Shown: positions 11,870 through 23,449 of the stretch, one piece after another | Position numbering within the stretch: the first letter of the stretch is position 1 | Layout: every line of letters starts with the position of its first letter | Assembly (NCBI GenBank): GCA_964016885.1 | Contig: OZ024740.1 | Location: 246,016,001 to 246,080,000 of the forward strand | Direction: 5' to 3' | From: Eledone cirrhosa | Taxonomy: Eukaryota | Length of the DNA stretch: 64,000 nucleotides | The notes under the pieces: model-generated | What the model was told of the DNA's origin: nothing | What the model saw: only the letters and a program-made list of their open reading frames with translations | Database searches by the model: none | Program-made: the position numbers and the translations under genes

Positions 11870-12868
11870 ATGGTCAGCTTCTTGCTGCCCTGATGTCTCT
11901 ATACGAATGCTCGAGTATTTGGGTTCGGATAAATGGTGTTAAATCGAAACCATCCAATGTGGGAGTCGGAGTCCGCCGAGGGTACGTACTGTCACCTCTC
12001 CAGTTAATTATTTTCACGAACAGGATTGACATGCGCAGCTGGATTGGAAGTTGTATCATGACTGGTAGGTGTAAAATCAGTCAACTGGAATTTGCAGACG
12101 ACATGGTGTTACTTAACTCGACAGAAGGTGATCTCCGACTTACACTTGATAGGTTTAATGCTGAGTGCTGCATTGCTGGAATGAAAATCAGTGCTGGGAA
12201 AACGGAGACACTCGTCCTCTCAAGGAAGCTTGTGCAGTGCACGCTACATGTGAATGCAGTTTCACTGAAACAGGTAGAGAAGTTCAAGTATATTGGGTTT
12301 GTGTTCACGAGTGATGGAAGGCAAGAGGCTGAATTAAGTGCAAGAATTGCAGGAGCTGGTGCAGTAATGCACCAGCTTCAGCATTGGGTAATCAGAAGGA
12401 AGTTAGGTGTAAAAGCCAAACTCACTATCTTCAATTCGGTATTCGTGCCAACCCTTACCTATGGTCATAAATTTTGGGTAGTGACCGAAAGAATACGATC
12501 ACGAATAAAAGCGGCTGAAATGGGGTTCCTCCAAAAGGTGTTTGGCGTAATGTTATTTGTTATAGTGCGGAGCTTGGAGAGTCACTCCAGGTAGAGCCAC
12601 TACTTATCCGAATTGAGAGATCACAGTTCCGATACTATAGGCATATGGTTAGAATGTCTCAGGAAAGAATCACAGATTTTATGGGCAAAACCAACTGGGA
12701 GTAGACTCTGAGTAAGATGGTTGGATAACATCCATGAGCTTTGCAGGTCTTGCTTGGGAATTCAGCTGGATCAGTTGGAGACAGTTGCTTCAGACAGGAT
12801 CTTATGGAAGGAGTGTTTGAGGACTCTGCCCCTATGAACTTCTCAAGAATAAGTGGGTAAAGAAGACG
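11870..12868 (+). pseudogene. RTE-clade LINE (REX3/Expander-like), 5'-truncated RT
   Basis: VGVGVRRGYVLSPL, LEFADDMVLL, VEKFKYIG, VPTLTYGHKFWVVTERIRSRIKAAEMGFL, then frameshifted VEPLLIRIERSQFRYYRHMVRM. Confidence 0.88.
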
Positions 12869-12869
12869 A

Positions 12870-14270
12870 TCCTTCTGGAACTCATCATTGAGGTTCCAGA
12901 CATTGAGAGGAGTGGTGATGTTCCATGCAATGCTGTCCACCCCAATAACGAAGAGGAGTGGGCCCAATGGACGCCTGTTGAGGATGGTATTATCTTATCC
13001 ATGATGAGGAGCATGCTCAGGGACCAGTATGATAGGTAGGCTAGTGGGTAGGTGGATGGGGCATGGCTGAGGCAAGCCTCGAGCATGTGGTCGTAATGCA
13101 GACAGTTGAAGGCGTTTCTCATCTCAAGCTTGACAATGAAAGGCCTGGGATCGCTCAGGAGAACAGTTTTTAATGAACTGACTAGCAGCTCCCTCGCACC
13201 TGCTGGCCATGCTAACTTCCAGCTGCATAGGGCTGAGTTTCTCGTCTTGCTCAAGTGCAATATGATCTAGGCTGTGAGCTTCCAGAAGTTTTTAACTACT
13301 GCGATGGGGCTTATTCCACAGTCATTCTTCCTGAGAGCGGTGAGTCGGGCCAAAAAGAAGAGGCCTTGAGAATAAGGGTCACTGTGAATGAATCTGTGGA
13401 CCCCAGCTTCAACAGTGAGGAGGACACACCAAGTCTTTGATGTGGCTGGGCTGGAGACCATTGGTACCTCTGCTGCTGCTGGCAGGGAAAGACCTCAGAG
13501 CAGAAATGATGTCCTCCTGGTAAGCCACGTAAAGTGGTTGAGTGTCAGGTGGGTGTATGTGTCTACAGGTGGATATGGATGTTTAAGCTGAAGAGTAGCC
13601 AAGACCTCAGTGCGGTAGAGGACGGTGTCAGAGGCGACAGCTCTGACAACAGCCAAGACATCAGCTTCGATGAGTTTGGTGTTTACAATTTGGGCTTCAG
13701 GGGTGGAGGATTGTGGACACACGAATGTATGGAATGTGACCTGCTCAGACACACTGGGTAAGGACATCAACTCGAAGATCGAGATGTTGGCCTTGACCAG
13801 GATCGCTGTTGACAAGCTGCCTCAATCAGCATCAGAGTTGGAGTGACCAAGCGTGAATGGAGCAAAAGCAAACAATTGGTCCCAATCAGTGTGACAATCG
13901 GAGCCCAAGGCTTTGCAGATGGAAGCCGTGAGGGCATCGACCACTGATACCATGTCTGAATTGAGCAATATTGACTAGCGAGGGTTGGGCATCGGACAGG
14001 CATGCTGTGTTATCTGGGGGTGTTGTGGGGAACTGCAGATGCTCAGGCGAGAAGAGGCAGCTGCTGCATCTGCACATTGAGAGACCATTCGAGGCGTGGC
14101 GTGCTAAGCTGATACAAGAGAGGTGATGGAAAATGTTGCATGCTGAACAGTTCTGGCTTCTCTTTTGCTGTTTATGGTAGCGCATGTATTACAGGTAGCT
14201 CCCTGTGAGGGTGGTGATTGGGGCAGGCATCAGGGATTGGAGTGCTGTTCAGCAATGTGGGTGTTGACAT
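12870..14270 (-). pseudogene. CRE-clade non-LTR retrotransposon remnant
   Basis: FFLARLTALRKNDCGISPIAV, VKLEMRNAFN, SSTGVH/GPLLF and LNVWNLND correspond to the CRE RT motifs (L.AL.K.DGG.RPIAVG, KLD..NAFN, GVQQGDPLGPLLF, WYLDD). An upstream Cys/His cluster reads CSACNIFHHLSC..CSSC. Confidence 0.8.
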
Positions 14271-14619
14271 GTCGTTCAAGTTGGGACATTGATTGGAATC
14301 TTGAAAGTAGGTGAGGGATGGGTTTATATTCCAGTTGTGATAATTCAGTCTCTCTTTTTTAAATGATGGTATATCTAACGTTATGTTATCTTTTTTTTTT
14401 GAAGATTCGAAAGAAATTTGGCTGCTTTTTCTGGCATTTCAAACGCTTATTTAATGGGTTTGTGGTTTGATAATTCCTTTACATTTCTTGAGATGCACAA
14501 TGCTTGTTCTCTACCTCCAGAGAATTGATGAAATTGCCTATATTACATAACTAAGTCCCCCATCCTCCTGTATGTATATATATGTTTGTGCCAGGAAAAG
14601 GCACCACTGATGCCCACTT

Positions 14620-15386
14620 CAAAAGCCTTTGACAGAGTGCCTCGCGTTATAATCTGGTGGGCTCTTGGAAAACTAGGAGTAGATGAATGGCTTGTGAAAG
14701 CTGTACGAGCAGTCAGCAAAGTTAGGGTTAACAATGACTATAGCGAGGAATTTAGCATACAAGTCGGTGTCCACCAGGGCTCTGTTCTTAGCCCTCTCCT
14801 GTTCATTATAGTATTGCAGCCAAAAACAGAGGAGTTTAAGACCGGATGCCCATGGGAACTCCTGTATGCAGGTGACCTCGCACTTATAGTTGAATCTATG
14901 GTAGATCTAGAGAACAAATTCCAAACATGGAAGCAGGGACTAGAAAGAAGGGGTCTCAAAGTCAACCTGATAAAGACTAACGTCCTTGTAAGTAGACGAA
15001 AAAACAGAACCATTCTCTGCCCCAAATGCAAACAATGGGTACACAAGAGATGTAGTGGGATCTCAGGAAGCTTAACTAAGAATGTAGGCTTCACATGTAG
15101 CAGTTGCGCTGGGACAGCAATCAGCCACAGGAAACAAGCACCACCAAATTCTGGGAGGGCTCTGTAAAATCAGTAGACAGCTTTTGTTACCTAGGTGACC
15201 GAATTAGCAGCGGAGGTGGGTGTTCGGAAAGTACAATAACTAGGGTAAGAACGGGATGGAAGAAGTTCAGGGAACTATGCGTCTGCTAGCTCAAAATGAA
15301 AGGCAGACTGTATGATGTGTGTATATGAACAGCAATGTTACATGGTAGTGAGACCTGGGCGATGTCTGTAGAAGACTTGTGCAGAT
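14620..15386 (+). pseudogene. RTE family A fragment with multiple small deletions
   Basis: [28 protein letters not shown]; close to 23450-25792 but missing several blocks. Confidence 0.9.
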
Positions 15387-18370
15387 TATGGTGCTAGGAT
15401 GTAAATTACCCTAAAATTTGTTTTAACCTATCTCAGCTAGGGGGAAGGTTTAGCAGGGTGAGCCTAATTCAGTAGGTGATGGGCAGTGTCTTGGTAAAAG
15501 TCTGATGGTTGGTTGATAGCGTCATTAGACGCTGCACTTTGGCCTACCTATTGCAGATAGACTAACTGGAGGTGCGATGCAGATAACTGCGGGGATAGAA
15601 TTTTATTCCGGTTCTGGAGACCGCTTGTAGAACGAGTGTTGTAGTCTGTGGCCGCAATTGATGACTGTTTCAGCCCGACTATTAATGAGTTCCTGGGGTG
15701 AGTTCAATATATAGTATGTTTCCATTAGGCGGAGCTGGCAATTTTTCCTAAAATTATATGGGGTTGCTTGATCAACTATTTCCCATTGTGTGGTGTAGCT
15801 AATGTTAGATTCAGTTAATTGTGTAATATAATTTGCGAGGGAGGTAGAGAATCTGAGCTTCTTATTTCTAAAGGAGTGGAGATGTGATCTAAATCTAGTC
15901 TTGAACTCATTAGAAGTGGAGCCTATGTATGACCTATGCTATTATAACTCGTCACAGTGCATTTGTAGATTACGTTTCTAATCAAGCAGTGGTCCTGGAG
16001 CGGACAGTTGTTTGGGTTTCGGCAATTGCAATTTCTAGTGTGGTGAGGTCCACTGCTATCATTACTACTATCATTACCACTATCACCATTGTCGTCATTG
16101 TTGCCGTTGGCTTTATTACAGATATAGTTTTGCGACATGGTATTATTTCTATTGTTCCTATTATGGCCCCTTCTACAGCTGTTGTTATCGCTGCCATGAT
16201 TCTATCCTGGTCACTAGTTCCACTATTAATGTTGCGGCTAGTCTCTATAATGTTGATATTATTGCTATTACTATCATTATTATCCTGGTTTCCATTATTG
16301 CTATTATGGCTACCGGTGTTGTTATGGTTATTAAGGTGGCCAGACACTCTAATGTTGGCATTACAAGATGGCTTTATTCCAGTGAGCTTTCTGTGGTTAC
16401 TAAGTGCTATGAGATTGGCTAAGTTAGGTGTAGTAGAGTAAGAGATTTTGACATTACTCTTGTTGAGGATCTTGTGGTACCTATGGTTAGGTGGGAAATT
16501 CATCTCTAAGGTGTTGAAGAAGATTCTGGGTATGTTTGAGGCTATACTCCTAGAATAGAGGGGAAGGAACCATATGACATTACGCTGGCGTTTCCGTGTT
16601 GCCGTTGGGTTGGTGAGGGCGTTTAAGCCCTGGTGGGTGTTTCTACTGTGGCATTTGGACTGCTGCCTGTTGTGCACTCTGTTCCTATTAGTCCCATGTG
16701 TTCACCTACCCACTGAGGGGCCTACCCGGGTTACCCTATGCTTGCTGGTAGGTGTTGGTAAGATACCGTCTCCATTGTTAAGCCTGTATGCGGGGGAATT
16801 TTTCTAGTAAGCTATTTCTAGTTACATTTTATAAATTAGATTGGCACCGGTTTAGGGATCTACCTGGCCTACCACCATTGCTGTTGTGATGCCGGCCTAG
16901 GCCAGTCGCAATGCTGGTTCGACTCGTATATTTCCCATTAACAAGCCTGCTGCCAAGGTGGTTATTGGTGCGCCACGCCATTACACTGGTCCTATGGGAG
17001 GTGGACCTAGTAGAACCAGTGTCCTGGATGTAAGAAATCCTACTGCTATACCCTGATTCAGTCAGTGCTTTGTTGTAGTAGTCAACAGTTTGGTCGAAAA
17101 GGTCCTCGTTGGCCAATAGCCTCGAGATTCTGTGCGAGATGTTACTAACTATAGAGTTAAGCGTAGAGTTGGGGTAGTTAGATGCTTTGTTAATGTAAGA
17201 CAAGACCTCACCTGGCTTGTGGTACGGTCTGTATAGGCTAATATTTAACTCCAATGTTACATCTAGGAAGTTAACTACCTTATGGTTATGGTCTATTGTA
17301 ACTAAGAGGCCATACGTTTTAAAGAACTTAGGGATATGCTTATTGAGGTTCTCTATCCTACGGGGGTTGTGATTCCTTACAGTAAATAGGGCATCGTCCC
17401 TATATGCACCTCCTTGTAGCGTGGGGATCTCTTCCTTGAGCTTATGCAGGAGGTATATTCCGACCAGATCGGTTACCTGTGTAGAGTCACTCGACCCCAT
17501 TGTAATATCGAAATTATCAGGACGGTTGACTCGGGTCCAATATGAGCCTTCGAAGTGTATGATGGTTCGACTAGCTGCTAGTACTATGTCTAATTCTTTT
17601 TTAGTTATAATAGTATTAGACCTAGCTAAGTTGAGGGCCTTATTTAGGAGTACAGGGGGAGATAGAGGCATAGTAATTATCTATGTCGAACTGAATAAAT
17701 TTTAAAGAACACTTATCTTGTATGTTTGTGAACCATTTGATGACCTGGTCAGTATTATTCCAAAGAAGGACCGTAGCCTTACTGTTTAGCACAGGTATTA
17801 TCCTAACGAGGATCACTTTGCTAATGCTGCCTATATCAGAGGTGGAGGGGCATATTAATCTAACAGAAGAGTTTTCATTAAAGTTACATTTGTGATCCTT
17901 AAGAAACATACTATATATTGAACTCACCCCAGGAACTCATTAATAGTCGGGCTGAAACAGTTATCAATTGCGGCCACAGACTACAACACTCGTTCTACAA
18001 GTGGTCTCCAGAACCGGAATAACATTCTATCCCCGCAGCTATCTGCATCGCACCTCCAGTTAGTCTATCTGCAATAGGTAGGCCAAAGTGCAGTGTCTAA
18101 TGATGCTATCAACCAACCATCAGACTTTTACCAAGGCACTGCCCATCACCTACTGAGTTAGGCTCACCCTGCTAAACCTTCCCCCCAGCTGGGATAGGTT
18201 AACACAAATTTTAGGATAATTTACATCCTAGCACCATACAGTTACCTTAATCTTTAAGTGGGTCTTTCCACTTAAAGATTAAGGTGGTAGAAAAGGCAGG
18301 AACTACCATAAAATCCCTGATCAGCAAAAGATACTCTTTTAAGAAAACCCACTGTACTAATAGGAAATGT
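15387..18370 (-). mobile_element. Penelope-like element with RT, GIY-YIG and inverted pseudo-LTR
   Basis: Minus-strand FLKDHK, FIQFDIDNYY, FDITMGS.D, YRDDAL, VNFLDVTL, VIWF.P.YS and CNCRNPNNCPLQDHC. The inverted repeat is 15387-15722 versus 17903-18238. A perfect 18-bp hairpin lies at 18244-18285. Confidence 0.92.
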
Positions 18371-18371
18371 A

Positions 18372-18839
18372 TCTTAACTATAATAAAGGAAGATCTGCGG
18401 GATTGCGTCCAGAATATATTTTTTACCCCGTTTGTAAAATAAGTTGGATTACTTTGAATAAATAATGAATGAATATTACATAATTTATGTGCTAAATTTC
18501 GTGGCTGTTGGTTAAATATATTTTATAGCTTAATCTTTGAAATTCACTTCTTTAAAATTATCAAATGTCAACACTTCCGGTTAGCGGCCATTATATTATA
18601 ACACTTATAATCGCATATATTTCCGTCGCTAATTTTCTCCTAATGCAGTTTATATATAATGTCGTATTTTTTTTAATATATCATGGATTACTGATTACAA
18701 AAGACAGTTTAACATAGGCTTTGTTCAATTTCTGTGTATATTGTCAATTACGATTTTATTTGATATATCATATTTACATGCATATATATTTGTGTATAAT
18801 ATCAATATACACACTACACATGCTAGCAGAAAACCACCC
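18372..18839 (+). mobile_element. Non-autonomous Helitron, 3' end clipped
   Basis: A|TC start; highly similar to 44527-45025 and stops inside the terminal hairpin. Confidence 0.8.
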
Positions 18840-18859
18840 TTAAAGTAAACCCCCAGATA

Positions 18860-19680
18860 AACTGTAAAACTAGAAAGGTAGTCTATAGCATAAGATGTAC
18901 AGAGGGTACTTGCAGAAACATGACAATAACATATATAGGCGAGACAGCTCGTAGCATAGGTGAAAGGATAGACCAACACTGGGGGGAACTAAAAGGACGA
19001 AAAAACCGTTCGGTACTATACAAACACGCCAGACAACAACATGACGGTAACATAGACAACATAGAAATTAAAATAATATCGAAACATAGAAATGACCCAG
19101 CAGAGAGGCAAGTGAAATAGAACTTAGAAGGCCAAAGCTAAACAGAAAAAAATGAATGGAATAACAACAACACCCAAACAAACAATACTGACCTAAGAGA
19201 AATATAAGTAAATATAAATAAATAAGAAATATAAGTAAATAAATACATAAGCACAATAACAACAAACACATATAAGCACACACTAGTAAACTAAGATAGA
19301 ATACAATAACCCAAACGCGAACACACACCAAACACTATACACACACGCAAACGCATGCGCAGAGAAGAAGACAAAAAATAAATAAATAAATAAAGAGATT
19401 AAATAAAGATGGCGTAGATATACAATACAACAGGAGGAACATAATAGCACCACTGACGATGTTGCAGATGTGCAACGAAAGAACTTTGTTAGACTATATA
19501 TATGTGTTTATATCTATATTATATCTGTATTTTTGACCGGTGGTCAGTCAATGGTAAACATTGAGGACCAAATGAATTAATGATATAAAAGATACAGAAG
19601 CGAAAACCAACCAAACAGTGAGTGTGTTCTGTTATTAATTCCAGCAATATTATTACAACAATATGATCCTCCCCAAGTAT
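18860..19680 (+). mobile_element. PLE 3' fragment of a different family (GIY-YIG plus pLTR)
   Basis: YIGETARSIGERIDQH..SVLYKHARQQH at 18920-19120, with a hammerhead-like motif downstream and then (TA)n. Confidence 0.75.
19448..19490 (+). ncRNA. Minimal hammerhead-like motif
   Basis: CTGACGA (19453-19459)-T-GTTGCA-GATG-TGCAAC-GAAA (19477-19480)-GAAC-TT-TG. Stem II is a perfect 6 bp; stem I is weak. Confidence 0.6.
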
Positions 19681-19684
19681 AACA

Positions 19685-20193
<509 letters not shown>

Positions 20194-20736
20194 CACATGG
20201 CTTAGTGGTTAGAGCATTGGACTTGCAATTGAAAGGTTGTGAGTTCAATTCTCGGACCGGGTGATGTGTTGTTTCCTTGAGCAAGACACTTTATTTCACA
20301 TTGCTCCAGTTTACTTAGCTGTAGAAATGAGATGATAGGACTGGAGTCCCTATCATTCCACTGCAAAGTGGTTGTGGAGGTGCCACGGCAAAAAAGCACC
20401 CAGCTCACACCACACTGTAAAGTGGACGTGTAGGCGCAACAGACAAATAGCACCCAGCACTCACTGTAAATGAGGTTGGTGTTAGGAATGGCATCCAGCT
20501 AGTTTATAGGCTGATTATGAAGGAGAGATGCTAGGGTTGTGAAATCTTGTATACATTAATTTCAACTCTTCTTATTAATAACTGCATTGTTTCTTTCCGG
20601 GGACTGTGTTGAATAATAAACCTCATTTGGTCATTCCACGAGAGTATCAGCCGACCGGACTGCCTACAACAGGACAACCTGTCTAACCCATGCTAGCGTG
20701 GAAGAATGGACGTAAAACGGTGATGATGATGATGAT
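20194..20736 (+). mobile_element. tRNA-derived CORE-type SINE with RTE family A tail
   Basis: A box TGGCTTAGTGG, B box GAGTTCAATTC and ccttgagcaagacacttt core. The 3' end ..ctaacccatgctagcgtggaagaatggacgtaaaacggt(gat)n matches the RTE end at 23450-23520. Confidence 0.9.
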
Positions 20737-20781
20737 TTATATATATATATATATTTATATATGTGTATATATATGTATATA

Positions 20782-20822
<41 letters not shown>

Positions 20823-20828
20823 GTATGT

Positions 20829-21545
20829 ATCATCATCATCATCATTTTACGTCTGCTTTTCCCTGATTGCAAGGGTTGGATGGGTCCTATTCAGCACAGC
20901 ATCTCTCCACTTGTCACGGTCCTTCGTCATCTCCTCCGTGAGTTTCAGCGATCTGAGGTCTGCTCTCACCACCTCCGCCCATGTTTTTTGTGGTCTACCT
21001 CTACTGCATCTTCCTTCTACTGTGATTTCTTGGCACTTCTTTACCCAGCGGTCATCCTCCATGCGCATCACATGTCCATACCATCTCAGCCTTCTCTCCT
21101 GCACACCACAACTTATCCCTCTTATACCCAGTTTCTTTCTCAACTCGTATATGCTTGGTCGTTCACGCACATTGACATTGCACATCCAATGGAACATACT
21201 TGCTTCATTTACCTCCAGTTGTCGCATAACCTCTGCAGTTGCTGCCCACCTCTCACTACCATGCAGCATCGCGCATCTCACACAGGCATCATATAACTGT
21301 CCTTTTATATGCAGGAAGAAACCCTTCTTTGTCAACAAAGGAAGCAGCTTCCTAAACTTCTTCGAACCCGTCCTTATTCTAGATACTATGGCCTTGGAAC
21401 ACCCCCCTCCCATGCTAATCTGATCACCTAGGTACCGGAAGCTATCAACCACTTCTATAGAACCCACCTGCATTGAAAGAATGTGTCTATCACTGCGATT
21501 ACTACTGCCACTTTCCCTGTACATCTACTGCATACGTATTCTATT
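20829..21545 (-). pseudogene. RTE family B 3' fragment
   Basis: ORF 20847-21524 is closely similar to the C-terminus of 57774-59984; (gat)n tail. Confidence 0.92.
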
Positions 21546-21880
21546 CTAGGGCGGGTAAAATTCCCGAGATCCATGGACGAGTTCTCTCCAGCGGTCTCTG
21601 TCCCTCATTATCGCTGCCATGTCCTTAGGGCATCAACATATGTTAACCTTGGTCTTCCTCTTCCAGTATGTCCATGTAGGGGCTCCCACAGGAGCACTGA
21701 GTGCAATGTCAACTCTGGATGTTGGTGAGCATGTCCAGCTAACCTCAGTCTTCTCTGTGTTACTTTTGAGCTGACTTTTGGGAGGCTCCCATACAGCTCT
21801 GAGTTTTTCATCCTCAGTGTATGCTGATTAATGTTCAGAGCCATCCTCAGCATTCTTGTGTAGAACCCATCCACCATCTG
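21546..21880 (-). pseudogene. 3' fragment of a third RTE-group LINE (family C)
   Basis: YTRMLRMALNI..RRLRLAGH..LLWEP..GRPRLTY; the same end occurs at 57548-57752. Confidence 0.8.
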
Positions 21881-21945
21881 AGTATGTATGTATATATATA
21901 TATGTATGTATATATATATATATATGTATGTATATATATTTATGC

Positions 21946-21981
<36 letters not shown>

Positions 21982-21984
<3 letters not shown>

Positions 21985-22590
21985 AGGTCACCACTTGGTG
22001 CTACTGGTAACATGTATCCCAGTACAACCTGTCTCATGGTCGGGTCGTTGGCGACTAAACTGGCAACCCCACCAAGGTTTCTTGGTGAGGAGGGTGACTT
22101 TGGACATCCTGCAGGACTAAAAACAAAATCTGTCAAAGGGCAAAGGAGCTCTTAAGAGTCAATGGCCATCCAAAATCACTGGGAGAGATGACCCCTTAGC
22201 CTTTGTCAAGGCAGAATTCTAGGAGAGGGAAAACTCTGATATAACACCTGCAACCCTGATGGTATCCAATGATGTTGACTTGTTCTTCTTTTTGGTAAAT
22301 ATCATCTTGGTTAAGAGAGTGGGACTGGCTTTGTGCAGTGCCTTTGCTCACTATAAAAGCTTCACGGCACAGGCATTGCTTTATATCTGGAGATCTCTCT
22401 GCACTTGTCGTCGCATGGTACCATGGGCCCAGCACTATGTGTCAATAATTGTCACAGGTGTAGTGTTTGTACCAGAGTTTTCAAGTCGCTGGCTGGACTA
22501 AAAAGTCACACTCGTTCAGCGCATCGGTAGGGGTTCTCCTACATGGATATAAAGTAGTGGCCGTACTCGAAAACGAGTTGGCAGCCACCA
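21982..22590 (+). mobile_element. Short bipartite non-autonomous RTE derivative (5'UTR-like part fused to 3' end)
   Basis: 22453-22530 encodes HRCSVCTRVFKSLAGLKSHTRSAHR*, an RTE-type C-terminal C2H2, followed by hairpin ACTCG-AAAA-CGAGT. Upstream ctaggagagggaaaactctga resembles a recalled RTE 5'UTR motif. The element is flanked by (TA)n. Confidence 0.65.
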
Positions 22591-22632
22591 TATATATATA
22601 TATAAATATGTATGTATGTATGTATGTATGTA

Positions 22633-22673
<41 letters not shown>

Positions 22674-22677
22674 ATTC

Positions 22678-23435
22678 GTACCGTTTTACGTCCACTTTTT
22701 CACGTTAGCATGGGTTAGAAGATTTGTCCTGTTGTGGCCAATGTTAGGTCCAGCGGTCATGTCTTGCCTATACAGAACTGATTTTGGCCCTGTGTCTACA
22801 GCTGGATGTCCTTTCTAACGCCATCTTCATTTACAGTGAGCACTGGGTGCTTTTTGTTGACACGTACATGACCACTTTACAGTGTGGGCTGGCGGCTTCA
22901 CTGGATGTATACTTTGGCCTATCCGCCTGGGAGATGTATGGGAGGTTGGAGTGGGGTGGTGCGTACTGTATATATGCTTCATCTTTGGCCTTGGGAAGTC
23001 AGTTCTTCTGTATTACTGCATAACGCCAGAGATCTCGGTGCTGTGTCATCACCTTTGAGAGGTGTAATTGGGCAAGGTCTGCTTTTATCACCTCATCCCT
23101 AGTCTTCCTAGATCTCCCCATTCCAAGGCTTCCATCGACTTTGAACACTCTGCACCTTTTTATGCCGCTGTCATCCTTCATAAGCATCACATGTCCATAC
23201 CAACATTATCTCCTCTCATACACACAACATTTGATTCCTCTTATGCCTAGTTTCTCTCTCAGTTCGTTTATGCTTTGCCGTTCATGTATATTACTATTAC
23301 ACATCCATTGAGGCATGCAAGCTTCATTCTTTCCAATCTACTAGTTTTCTGCATATAGCACCCAGGCCTCACTACCATGCAACATTGTTGTTTGTATGCA
23401 TGCATCATACTGTCTGCCTTTCATTCTGAGGGAAA
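22678..23435 (-). pseudogene. RTE family A 3' fragment (older copy) with 3'UTR
   Basis: MKDDSGIKRCR..RDLWRYAVI plus a 3'UTR homologous to 23450-23748. Confidence 0.88.
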
Positions 23436-23449
23436 ATTAATAAGTATGT

